DNA of 64,000 nucleotides from Mobula hypostoma (lineage: Eukaryota). The position numbers and the translations under genes are program-made. The notes beneath the pieces were generated by a model that saw only the letters and a program-made list of their open reading frames with translations, was not told the origin of the DNA and made no database searches. Below, piece by piece: positions 12,801 to 24,669 of the stretch (position 1 is the stretch's first letter; every line of letters begins with the position of its first letter). The DNA lies in assembly GCF_963921235.1 (NCBI RefSeq), contig NC_086097.1, forward strand, positions 2,852,001 through 2,916,000, given 5' to 3'.

Positions 12801-13269
12801 CCTCAGAAAACGGAATGGGCCAGGTCATCAGCTGTCGGTGCATCAACCTACATGTTAATTTAGGAATTTAAAGCAACGAAAATAATACAGATGTACTTCG
12901 TCAGACAGAAGTAGAATTGGGACAGCGATCCTTAAATGTACCCACTCTCTGCTGCTGTGGAAGAGGTTGGTTGCCAAGGTCAGCCAACCTCAGTAATGGG
13001 GTGAGAGGGGGATAAACAGTAAGGTGCGTAACTACAAAAACTCACAGCTTTTAAAAATTTTCATATTTTATAGATTTGAATCAAAGATGGTTTGCTGAAA
13101 GGCAAATTAATGAGAGAGAACAAGAGCAGCTAATTATTACAATTATGTGTAAAACTGTCATGATATGTACTGATGTTAGTTATTTAACAGTCATGAAAAC
13201 AGTCCTCTTTTGGAATCATCTCGGGGTGACGTGCTGTGGTATTTCCATAAATAATTTTTGATACTATCA

Positions 13270-13630
13270 CTGAGGGGAGATTTGATAGAGATATACAAAA
13301 TTTGGAGGGGAATAGATAAGGTAAAAGCAAGCAGGCTTTTTCTACTGGGGTTGGGTGAGACTACAACTAGAGCTTATGGGTTAATGGTGAAAGGTTAGAA
13401 GCTTAGGGGGAATATGAAAGGGAACTTCTTCACCCAAAGGGTGGAGAGAGTGTGGAACGAGCTGCCAATAGAAGTGGTGGATGTGGGTTTGATTTCACCA
13501 TTTAAGAGAAATTTGGATAGGTATTTGGATGGGAAGGGTTTGGAGCTTGATGGGACTAGGCGGATTAATGGTCAAGTCAGCACAGACTAGATGGGCCTGC
13601 TTCTGTTCTGTAGTGTTGATGACTCTATAA
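13270..13630 (+). mobile_element. CR1 3' fragment
   Basis: RGDLIE...FFTQRV..VWN motifs; family match to 49795-50175. Confidence 0.75.
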
Positions 13631-13699
13631 ATCTATCATATTTGCAAGAAGTATGAACAATGTTATTCAGGATAGTTGAATTTTAAAAATTATTGCTTG

Positions 13700-14425
13700 A
13701 ACATAGAACAGTACAGAACAGGAACAATGTTGTGCTGAACCCAGTTAAATTAGTAAGCAAATGGCCAACTAAACTAATCTCTTCTGCCTACAAAATGTCC
13801 ATAGCCTTCCAATTTCCTCACATTTGTGTGCCTATCTAAACATCGCTTAAAAGTTTATAATGTATTTGCCTCCATTACCTCCCCAGGCAGCACATTCCAG
13901 GCATCCATCACTCTCTGTGTAAAAATACTTGTCCCTCACAATTCTTTTGAACTTGCCCCATCCCACCTTAATTGCATGCCCTTTGATATTAGGAATTTCA
14001 ACCCTGGGAAAATAATACTGTCTGTCTATTCTATCTGTCTATTCTCTCATAATTTTATAAACCTCTATTAGATCTCCCCTCAGCTTGTACCACTCCAGAG
14101 AAAACAACCCAAGTTTGTCCAACTTCTTGTTATAGCACATGCCCTCTAATCCAGGCAACATCCTGGTAAACCTCTTCTGTACCCTCTCCAAAGCCTTGAC
14201 ATCATTCCTGTAATGGGGTGACAAGAACTGTATGCAATTCTCCAGATGTGGCCCGACTAGAGTTTTATAAAGCTGCAACATAACTTCCTGACTTCTGAAC
14301 TCAATGCCTTGACTAATAAAGACAAGCCTGATGGATGCCGCCTTAACATCCTATCAACCTGTGTACCACTTTCAGGGAGTTATGTATGAACTTGGACCTC
14401 AAGATCCCTCTGCTCGTCAACACTC
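13700..14425 (-). mobile_element. CR1 3' fragment
   Basis: ORF 14039..14281 LYKTLVGPHLE...LERVQKRFTRMLPGL...RGDLIEVYK. Confidence 0.85.
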
Positions 14426-14699
14426 TTTTGGCTATTATAAATTTCATGTTTTGTTTTTATAAAAGTGAATGAAAAATTGGGTAGTCAGAATACAGCATGA
14501 TAGAATGATCTTGTAAAGCAAATGGCACAACCTATGAGTGCCAAATTCACAAGTATTTAGTGATAAATGGCATTGATAGAAATAGCTTATTATATGGATG
14601 ACAATGTGTTTTGCTTATTGGAAGTTAATTTTCAAATAAAATGGGTATTTTTTTCCAGCCAAAAAATATCTAAAACAGCTTTTAGCGGCTTTTGAAAAC

Positions 14700-15170
14700 A
14701 GCTGTAAAACAGTTTGAGCAGATTTGGTATGTCACTAAAGACGCAAATTTCTACAGATGTGCTGTGGAGAGCATTCTGACTGGCTGCATCACCGTCTGGT
14801 ATGGAGGGGTCACTACACAAAATCAAAATACGCTCTAGAAAGTTGCAAACTCAGTCAGTTCCATCATGGGCACTAGCATCGAGGATGCCTTCAAGGAGCA
14901 ATGCCTCGAATGGTGTCATCTTTCATTAAGGATCTCCATCACCCAGGGCATGCCCTCTTCACAGTGGTCGTACCATCAAGGAGGAGGTACAGCAGCCTGA
15001 AGTGTTTTTAGGAACAGCTTCTTCCCCTCTGCCATCAGATTTCTGAATGGACATTGAACCCATGTGCACTACCTCACCACTTTTTTTTCTTTTTTTGTAC
15101 TACTTACTTCATTTAATGTTTATATATACCTATGGTAAATTTATAGTATTTTTATTATGTATGGCAATGT
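14700..15170 (+). mobile_element. Rex1/Babar 3' fragment (tail continues at ~18672-18740 after the RTE-like insertion)
   Basis: Homologous to 34470-34810 and 7650-8035. Confidence 0.7.
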
Positions 15171-15446
15171 TTTTTGTTCGTCCATTGTCAACGTCGATGA
15201 GGACCTTGACACCAGATGGTGTCGAGACTAGCGCATGATTTGGATTTAAGTGACGGAGAGTTGCGCAGCGTCAACCTCACTCTCTCTTCCCAATTCCCAT
15301 CTGGATCCAGTGGCAGGATAGAGTCGAGACAGCTGGAGTGGATGACCAGGATGTCTTCTGTGTCTTGTCATGCTCTACACGTTCCACGACGCTTGCAGAG
15401 ACCGCCTTCTTGACCGTTGGACCTTCCATTGGTCTCGTTCGCTCAA

Positions 15447-18410
15447 TCATAGAACCATAGAAACTACAGCACAGAAACAGGCCTTTTGGCCCTTCTTGGC
15501 TGTGCCGAACCATTCTCTGCCTAGTCCCACTGACCTGCACCTGGACCGTATCCTTCCATACACCTCCCATCCATGTATCTGTCCAATTTATTATTAAATG
15601 TTAAAAAAGAACCCGCATTTACCACCTCGTCTGGCAGCTCATTCCATACTCCCACCACTCTCTGTGTGAAGAAGCCCCCCTTAATGTTCCCTTTAAACTT
15701 TTCCCCCCTCACCCTTAACCCATGTCCTCTGGTTTTTTTCTCCCCTAGCCTCAGTGGAAAAAACCTGCTTGCATTCACTCTATCTATACCCATCATAATT
15801 TTATATACCTCTATCAAATCTCCCCTCATTCTTCTATGTTCCAGGGAATAAAGTCCTAACCTATTCCACCTTTCTCTGTAACTGCGTTTCTCAAGTCCCG
15901 GCAACATCCTTGTAAACCTTCTCTGCACTCTTTCAACCTTATTTACATCCTTCCTGTAATTTGGTGACCAAAACTGAACACAATACTCCAGATTCGGCCT
16001 TACCAATGCCTTATACAACCTCATCATAACATTCCAGCTCTTATACTCAATACTTTGATTAACAAAGGCCAATGTACCAAAAGCTCTCTTTACGACCCTA
16101 CCTACCTGTGACGCCACTTTTAGGGAATTTTGTATCTGTATTCCCAGATCCCTCTGTTCCACTGCACTCCTCAGTGCCTTACCATTAACCCTGTATGTTC
16201 TACGTTGGTTTGTCCTTCCAACGTGCAATACCTCACACTTGTCTGATTTAAACTCCATCTGCCATTTTTTCAGCCCATTTTTCCAGCTGGTCCAAGTTCC
16301 TCTGCAGGCTCTGAAAACCTTCCTCACTGTCTACTACACCTCCAATCTTTGTATCATCAGCAAATTTGCTGATCCAGTTTACCACGTTATCATCCAGATC
16401 ATTGATATAGATGACAAATAACAATGGACCCAGCGCTGATCCCTGTGGCACACCACCAATCACAGGCCTCCACTCGGAGAAGAACTTCTCGACTACCACT
16501 CTTTGGCTTCTTCCGTTGAGCCAATGTCTAATCCAATTTACCACCTCTCCATGTATACCTAGCGACTGAATTTTCCTAACTAACCTCCCGTGCGGGACCT
16601 TGTCAAAGGCCTTACTGAAGTCCATGTAGACAATATCCACTGCCTTCCCTTCATCCACTTTCCTGGTAACCTCCTTGAAAAACTCCAACAGATTGGTCAA
16701 ACATGACCTACCACGCACAAAGCCATGTTGACTCTCCCTAATAAGTCCCTGTCTATCCAAATGCTTGTAGATTCTGTCTCTTAGTACTCCCTCCAATAAC
16801 TTACCTACTACCGACGTTAAACTCACCGGCCTATAATTTCCCGGATTACTTTTCGATCCTTTTTTAAACAACGGAACAACATGAGCCACTCTCCAATCCT
16901 CCGGCATCTCACCTGTAGACAGCGACATTTTAAATATTTCTGCCAGGGCCCCCGCAATTTCAACACTAGTCTCCTTCAAGGTTCGAGAGAACACCCTGTC
17001 AGGTCCCAGGGATTTATCCACTTTAATTTTCCTCAAGACAGCAAGGACCTCCTCCTTTTCGATCTGTACAGTTTCCATGATCTCACTACTTGTTTCCCTT
17101 AATTCCATAGACTTCATGCCAGTTTCCTTAGTAAACACAGACGCAAAAAACCTATTTAAGATCTTCTCCATTTCCTTTGGTTCCGCACATAGCCGACCAC
17201 TCTGATCTTCAAGAGGACCAATTTTATCCCTTACAATCCTTTTGCTCTTAATATACCTGTAAAAACTCTTTGGATTATCCTTCACTTTGACTGCCAAGGC
17301 AACCTCATGTCTTCTTTTAGCCCTCCTGATTTCTTTCTTAAGTATTTTCTTGCACTTCTTATACTCCTCAAGCACCTTATTTACTCCCTGCTTCCTATAC
17401 ATGTCATACAACTCCCTCTTCTTCTTTATCAGAGTTGCAATATCCCTTGAGAACCAAGGTTTCTTATTCCTATTCACTTTGCCTTTAATCCTGACAGGAA
17501 CATACAAATTCTGCACTCCCAAAATTTCTCCTTTGAAGGCTTCCCACCTACCGATCACATCCTTGCCAGAGAACAACCTGTCCGAATCCACGCTTTTTAG
17601 ATCCTTTCTCATTTCTTCAAATTTGGCCTTCTTCCAGTTCAGAACCTCAACCCTAGGACCAGATCTATCCTTGTCCATGATCAAGTTGAAACTAATGGTG
17701 TTATGATCACTGGAACCAAAGTGCTCCCCTACACAAACTTCTGTCACTTGTCCTAACTCGTTTCCTAACAGGAGATCCAATATTGCATCCCCTCTAGTTG
17801 GTCCCTCTATATATTGATTTAGAAAACTTTCCTGTACACATTTTACAAACTCTAAACCATCTAGACCCCTAACAGTATGGGAGACCCAATCAATATATGG
17901 AGAATTAAAATCCCCTATCACCACAACTTTATGTTTCCTGCAGTTGCCTGCTATCTCTCTGCAGATTTGCTCTTCCAATTCTCTTTGACTATTGGGTGGT
18001 CTGTAATACAATCCCACTAATGTGGCCATACCTTTCCTGTTTCTCAGCTCCACCCACAAGGACTCAGTAGACAAGCCCTCTAATCTGTCCTGCCTGAGCA
18101 CTGCTGCAATATTTTCCCTAACAAGCAATGCCACTCCCCAACCTTTCATTCCTCTGCCTTGATCACATCTGAAACATCAGAACCCTGGAATATTAAGCTG
18201 CCAGTCCTGCCCCTCCTGTAGCCAAGTTTCACTAATTGCTACAACGTCATAATTCCACGTGTCAATCCACACTCTCAACTCATCCACCTTCCCTGCAATA
18301 CTCCTAGCATTGAAATATATACACCTCAGAAAATTTTTACCACCACTCACAACCTTTCTATTAGCGGATTTGCTTGAACTTTTAACATCATTTATTTTCA
18401 CCCCAGCCAC
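15447..18410 (-). mobile_element. Young CR1 LINE, nearly intact ORF2 (APE + RT)
   Basis: ORFs 18177..18449, 16248..18149 (633 aa), 15521..16327; NARSI, ISETW, GDFN, SDH, NYRPVSLTS, PQGS, FADD; only a few disruptions. Confidence 0.95.
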
Positions 18411-18486
18411 ACTCCGCTGGAGTCTGTCTTCACATGCTGGGATAGACAACTCCCGATCTCACCGAGGGTTTGAGACCCATCGGCTA

Positions 18487-18671
18487 CCCTCACCTGGTTT
18501 AGCCGGCTTGTTGAAGCCGTTGCCCGGGGTGTGGCCGCTGTCGCATGCAAACAGCTACGGGGAGCCACAGGTGAGAGCTGACTGCCAGGTGGGGACCAAA
18601 GGTGGACTAACCACCTTGAAAAGGACGTGACATGTTCCCCCACCAGAGGTGCTACCCCTCCCTGACACCCC
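18487..18671 (-). ncRNA. HDV-like self-cleaving ribozyme candidate
   Basis: P1 GGGGUGU/ACACCCC; P2 CUCUCACCUGU/A(C)CAGGUGAGGG; P3 GGC/GCC; P1.1 CC/GG; GGGCAAC-P4 (CGGCUU/AAGCCG)-GCUAA with candidate catalytic C at 18502. Confidence 0.7.
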
Positions 18672-18767
18672 ATACACTGCTACTGCAAAACAACAGTTTT
18701 CATGACATGTGCCAGTGATATTAAAACTGATTCTGATTTGCTGTCAACCTCAAATGACTTTGATGTA

Positions 18768-21463
18768 CAGTACCAATAAAAGGTATTCACCCCCATTGAA
18801 GTTTTCATGTTTTATTGTTTTATAACATTGAATCACAGTGGGTTTAATTTGGCTTTTTTTGACACTGATCAACAGAAAGAGACCCTTCTGTGTAAAAGTG
18901 AAAACAGGTAAGACTATAAGACATAGGAGCAGAATTAGGCCATTCAGCCCATTGAGTCTGTTCCTCCATTTCGTCATGGCTCAGCCCAGATCCCTTTCAA
19001 CCCCATACACGTGTCTTCTTGTCATACCTTTGATGCCCCGATCAATCAGGGATGTATCTACTTCCGCTTTGAGTATACCCACCGTCTTGGTCTCCATTGC
19101 AGTTTGTGGCGGAGCATTTCACAGACTGGATAAAAAAAATTCTCCTTTCCTCTGTTCTGAAAGGTTGCCCCTCAATTTTGAGGCTGTGCCCTCTAATTCT
19201 GGATAACCCCAAATGGAGGAAACATCCTCTCCACCTCCACCTTATGTAGTCCTTCCTACATTTGGCAGGTTTCAATGAGATCCCCATGCATTCTTCTAAA
19301 TTCCAGTGAGTACAGGCCCAAAGTTGCCAAATGCTCTTTCGTTCCTGGAATCATCCTCATGAACCTCCTTTGGACTCTCTCCAATGACAACACATCCTTT
19401 CAGAGATATGGGGCCCAGAACTGCAGACAGTACTCCAAGTGCAGCCTGACCAGTGTCTTATAAAGGCTCAGCATTATCTCCTTGTTTTTATATTCTATTC
19501 CCCTTGAAATAAATGCCAACATTGCATTTGCCTTCTTTACCACTGACTCAATCTGTAAGTTAACCTTCTGGGAGTCTTGCATGAGGACTTCAAAGTCCCT
19601 CTGCCCCTCTGATGTTTGAACCTTCTTCCTATTACTTCCTCAGCACTATCTACCAATCTACCTATCTTTGTATCATCTGCAAACTTTGCCACAGAGCCAT
19701 CAATTCCATTATCCAAATTATCGACAACAGTGTGAAAAATAACGGTCCCAATATTGACCCCTGAGGAGCACCAGTAGTCACTGCAGCCAACCAGAAAAGG
19801 TCCCTTTATTCCCACTCGCTGCCTCCTGCCTCCGCTGTTATCCTTGCCAGTGTATTTCCTTAAATACTATAGGATTTTTATTTTGTTAAGCAGTTTCATG
19901 TGAGGCACCTTATCAAATGCCTTTCGAAAATCCAAGTAAATGACATCTACTGCCTCTCGTTTGCCCACCCTGCTTGTTACTTCAAAGAACTCTTAACAGA
20001 TTTTTAGGCCAGATTTCCTTTTATCGAACCATGCTGACTTTGACTTATTTTATCATTAGTCTCCAAGTATCTTGAAACCTCATCCTTAACAATAGACTCC
20101 AACACTTTCTCAACCACTGAGGTTAGGCTAACTGGCCTATAATTTCTGCTCTTTTGTCTTCCTCCCTTTTTAAAGAGTGGAGTGACATTTGCAATTTTCC
20201 AGTCCTCCAGATATATACAAAGTGATCTAAATTGCAAATATAAACCACAAAATAATTGATTGCATAAGTATTCACCTCCTATAATATGACACACCAAATC
20301 ATCACTGGTGCAGCCAATTGGTTTTAGAAGTCACATAATTAGTTAAATGGAGACCTGTGTGCAGTTGAGGTGTTTCAATTGATTGTAGTAAAAATACACC
20401 TATCTGGAAGGTTCAACTGCTGGTGAGTCAGTGGTGTCCTGGCAAAAACTACACCATGAAGACCAAAGAACACTTCAAGCAACTCTGCGAAAAGTTTTTG
20501 GAAAAACACAAGTCACTGCAGCAGGCTCGAGAAGGTGTGGGAAGGCTTGGGTACAAAGAAAGTTCCAAGTCACTAAATGTCCCTTGGAGTATAGCCAATC
20601 ATCAAGAAATGGAAAGAATATGGCATAGCTTTAAATCAGCCTTGAGCAGACCATCCTCAAAAACTGAGTGACTGTGCAAGAAGAGAACTAGTGAGGGAGC
20701 CCACCAAGAGACCGATGACAAATCTGGAGAAGTTACAAGCTTCAGTGACTGAGATGGGAGAGACTGTGCATACAACAACTGTTGCCTGGGTGTAACTTTA
20801 TGGGAGAGTGGAAAAGAGAAAGCCACTGTTGGGAAAAAAAACTTCCATGAGAGATCGGCTGGGGTTTGACAGAAGGCATATGGGAGAGTCTGAAGTCAGC
20901 TGGAAGAAGACTCTATGGTCTAATGAAACCAAAATTGAGCTTTTTGGCCATCAGACTAAACGTTATGTTTGGCATAAGCCATCCACCACACATAATCAAA
21001 AACACACCATCCCTACTGTGAAGCATGGTGGTGGCTGCATCATGCTGTGGGGATGCTTCACTGCAGCTGGCCCAGGAAGGCTTGTGAAGGTAGAGGGTAA
21101 AATGAATGCTGCAAAATACAGAGAAATCCTGGAGGAAAGCCTGATGCAGTCTGTGAGAGAACTGCGACTTGTGAAATTTGTTTTCCAGCAAAACAATGGC
21201 CCCAAGCATAAAGCCAAAGCTACACAGGAATGGCTTAGAAACAGCAAAGTGGCTAAGTCAGAGTCCAGACCTCAATCCAAATGAGAATTTGTGGTTGGAC
21301 TTCAAAATTGCTGTTCACTCATGATCCCCATGTAATCTGACAGAGCTTGAGAAGTTTTGTAAAGAAGAATGGGGAAAAATTGCAGTGTCCAGATGTGCAA
21401 AGCTGATAGAGACCTATCTACACAGACTCAAGGCTGTAATTGCTGCCAAAGGTGCATCTACTA
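18768..21463 (+). mobile_element. Tc1/mariner DNA transposon, decayed; interrupted by CR1 (18909-20208), right end replaced by Penelope DNA
   Basis: TA|CAGT..AAAGGTATTCACCCCC left TIR with inner repeat near 20265; transposase motifs [32 protein letters not shown]. Confidence 0.88.
18909..20208 (-). mobile_element. CR1 RT/3' fragment nested in Tc1
   Basis: ORFs 19400..19582, 19537..19815, 20004..20297 with KFADDTK, NYRPVSLTS. Confidence 0.88.
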
Positions 21464-21464
21464 A

Positions 21465-21865
21465 AGGAACACTCACAATGCGCTGGAGGAACTCAGCAGG
21501 TCAGTCAGCATCAGTTGAAAAGATTAGTCGATGTTTCGGGCCGAAACCCTTCGTCAGGACTGAAGGAAGAACTTTGGGTAGGGTTTGAAGAATGCTGGTA
21601 GTTGAAAAAAGCAGTAATTTGAAAGACAAAGGGGTGGGGGAGGGGAAGCAGGGAGGCGATTGGCAGGAGAACAATGCGCAGTAGTAGAAGGAGGCGGAAC
21701 TATGAGGGAGGTGATGTGAAATAGGGATAGAAGAAGGGAGGGGGAGGGAATTACCGGAAGTTGGAGAACTCTATGTTCATACCAAGGGGCTGGAGTCTAC
21801 CTAGACGGTATATGAGGTGTTGCTCCTCCAACCTGAGTTTAGCCTCATCATGGCAGTAGAAGAGG
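21465..21865 (-). mobile_element. Penelope-like 3' fragment (second subfamily) with a mutated hammerhead at ~21525-21562
   Basis: Encodes [16 protein letters not shown] on the minus strand; CUGACGA-A-GGGU(UUCG)GCCC-GAAAC-AUC. Confidence 0.8.
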
Positions 21866-23480
21866 CTAATTTGCTAATGTTACTTTTAATCCCTTCATCT
21901 AAATCATTGACGTATATTGTAAATAGCTGCGGTCCCAGCACAGAGCCTTGCGGTACCCCACTAGTCACTGCCTGCCATTCTGAAAAAGCACCCATTAATC
22001 TGTACTCTTTGTTTCCTGTCTGCCAGCCAATTTTCTATCCATGTCAGTACCCTACCCCCAATACCATTTGCTCTAATTTTGCACACTAACCTCCTGTGTG
22101 GGACCTTATCAAAGGCTTTTTGAAAGTCCAGGTACACCACATCCACTGGCTCTCCCTTGTCCATTTTCATAGTTACATCCTCAAAAAATTCCAGAAGATT
22201 AGTCAAGCATGACTTCCCCTTTGTAAATCCATGCTGACTTGGACCTGTCCTGCCACTGCTATCCAAATATGCCGGTATTACATCTTTTATAATTGATTCC
22301 AGCATCTTCCCCACCGCTGATGTCAGACTAACTGGTCTATAATTGCTTGTTTTCTCTCTCCCTCCTTTCTTAAAAAGTGCGATAACATTAGCTACCCTCC
22401 AATCCGCAGGAACTGTTCCTGAATCTATAGAGCATTGGAAAATGATTACCAATGCGTCCATGATTTCTAGAGCCACCTCCTTAAGTACCCTGGGATGCAG
22501 ACCATCAGGCCCTGAGTATTTATCAACTTTCAGTCCCATCAGTTTACCCAACACCATTTTGTACCTGATGCAAATTTCCTTCAGTTCCTCTGTTACCCTA
22601 GGTCCTCTGGCCACTATTACATCTGGGAGATTGTTTGTCTTCCCTAGTGAAGACAGATCCAAAGTACCTGTTCAGTTCGACTGCCATTTCCTTGTTTCCC
22701 ATAATAATTTCACCCGTTTCTGTCTTCAAGGGCCCAACTTTGGTCTTAACTAATTTTTTCCTCTTCACATACCTGAAGAAGCTTTTACTATCTTCCTTTA
22801 TATTTTTGGCTAGCCTACCTTCGTACCTCATCTTTTCCCTTTTTTGATATCTTCTGTTGCTCCTTAAAAGTCTCCCAATCCTCTGGCTTCCCACTCATGC
22901 TTGCTATGTTATACTTCCTCTCTTTTATTTTTATACTGTTATTATTACAACTTTCCAGAATCTGTCTCCCTATCTGCTCCTCGATGTCCCTGTTACTATT
23001 GGGGGGGGTCTGTAAAAAAAACAACCCAGTAGAGTTATTGACTACTTCCTGTTCCTAACTTCCACCCACAGAGAGTCCGTAGACAATCCCTCCATGACTT
23101 CCTCCTTTTCTGCAGCCGTGACGCTATCTCTGATCAACCGTACCATGCCCCCACCTCTTTTGCCTCCCTCCCTGTCCTTTCTGAAGCATCTAAAGCCTGG
23201 CACTCAAAGTAACCATTCCTGCCCCTGAGCCATCCAAGTCTCTGTAATGGGTACAACGTTATAGCTCTAAGTACTGATCCATGCTTTATGCTCATCTGCT
23301 TTGTTCATCATACTCCTTGCATTAAAATAGACGCATCTCAAACCATCGGTCTGAGCACGTCCCTTCTCTATCACCTGCCTATTCTCCCTCTTGCACTGTC
23401 TCTAAGCTTTCTCTATTTGTCAGCCAACCGCTTCTTCCTCCAACTCTTCATTGTGGTTCCCAGCCCCCAACAATCCTCAT
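21866..23480 (-). mobile_element. CR1 ORF2 fragments (two juxtaposed pieces, junction ~22935)
   Basis: ORFs 21961..22662, 22598..22894; 22940-23480 is homologous to 6390-6930. Confidence 0.85.
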
Positions 23481-24336
23481 TTAAACTCTCCAATGGACTG
23501 GATGGGCTGATGGGCCTGTTTCTGTGCTGTACTTTTGTATGACTGTATGACGTGAAATTTGATGTTTTGTAGCTGCAGTACAATGCAATCCTTAGGCTGT
23601 AAATTACAATAATAAGCATATATTAAATATTGAATTAAATAGTCGTTCAGAAAGAGAGCAAACAAGAAAAAAAGTAGTGAGGTAGTGTTCATTGTCCATT
23701 CTGAAATCTGATAGCGGAAGGAAGGAAGATGTTTCTAAAATGTTGAGTATGTGTCTTCAGGTTCCTGTACCACCTCCTTGATGAGAAGAGCAATGATTTA
23801 ACAGTGAAGTGTTTTTCCCTGATCGTCCGACTTCAGTATTACTGAGGCTGCTTGAAGCCATGCTGTGCCAAATTTTGACTTCATCTCCAGTGCCATTGGG
23901 GAAAATTCAAGCATGTTGTGTATTGTTTTAAAAGTTTCTATTGAATATTTGGTTTGCAACTACAACCCTCAGGGGTGTTCCTGATATTTTGGAGTAGGCA
24001 GCTGGAAGTTTAATATGCCAGTCTTGCTTTCTGGCAAAAGTAGAAAATGTTGATGCCAGTGTCGCAGAATAACTTGGCTAGCGGATTGGTAAATATGCAC
24101 TATTCAATCTGCCTCTACATTTTGAATGGTTTGTGGGAAAGACTTTTTTTCAGGACATTTGTAAAATCAGTGAATGTGATGGGACAGCAATGACAGAGGG
24201 AAATATGAATATTGGGAAGGTTCTTTGGTTAGTGTTGACTTAGGAGATTCAAAAATTATATCCTGTAAACATTCAATTGGTAGTTGCCTGTTGATCTGAC
24301 AATGATAGGGAAACTGTGTAGGAGAGCTTTTAAAGT

Positions 24337-24625
24337 TGTTACGTACCCCGTAACTGGGTTGCTAAACCAGTAGAAATGGACCACTAGTTGGAGTCTGGGA
24401 TAATAGGAACTAATAAAATTTTATTAAAGAAACAAGTAACACAGTACTCTAATTGTAAGGATATAAATGCAACAGGTTAGCAATGATAAAACACACATGT
24501 ACACAGAACCAGGGTAATAGGAATCAACCAAGCTTTATCGCAGTCTAGGGGTAAAATGATCAGTCGTAAGAGACGCAGAGTTCCGTTCAGCTTAGTACAG
24601 TTCGCAGTAATCGCTGTTGTGCCAT

Positions 24626-24669
<44 letters not shown>

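Larger units (their letters stand above)
15171..18671 (-). mobile_element. Short non-autonomous RTE-like retroposon (~540 bp: 15171-15446 + 18411-18671) split by a CR1 insertion
   Basis: CpG-rich, no ORF; second diverged copy at 29300-29640; 3' end ...ggacgaac + A-run; resembles from memory vertebrate RTE-derived short elements; 5' end folds as an HDV-like ribozyme. Confidence 0.65.

Noticed and set aside
12245..12850. REST/RE1 silencer element expected for a neuronal gene
   Set aside because: Only partial half-site resemblance (ggtgctgca); no full-length RE1 match seen.
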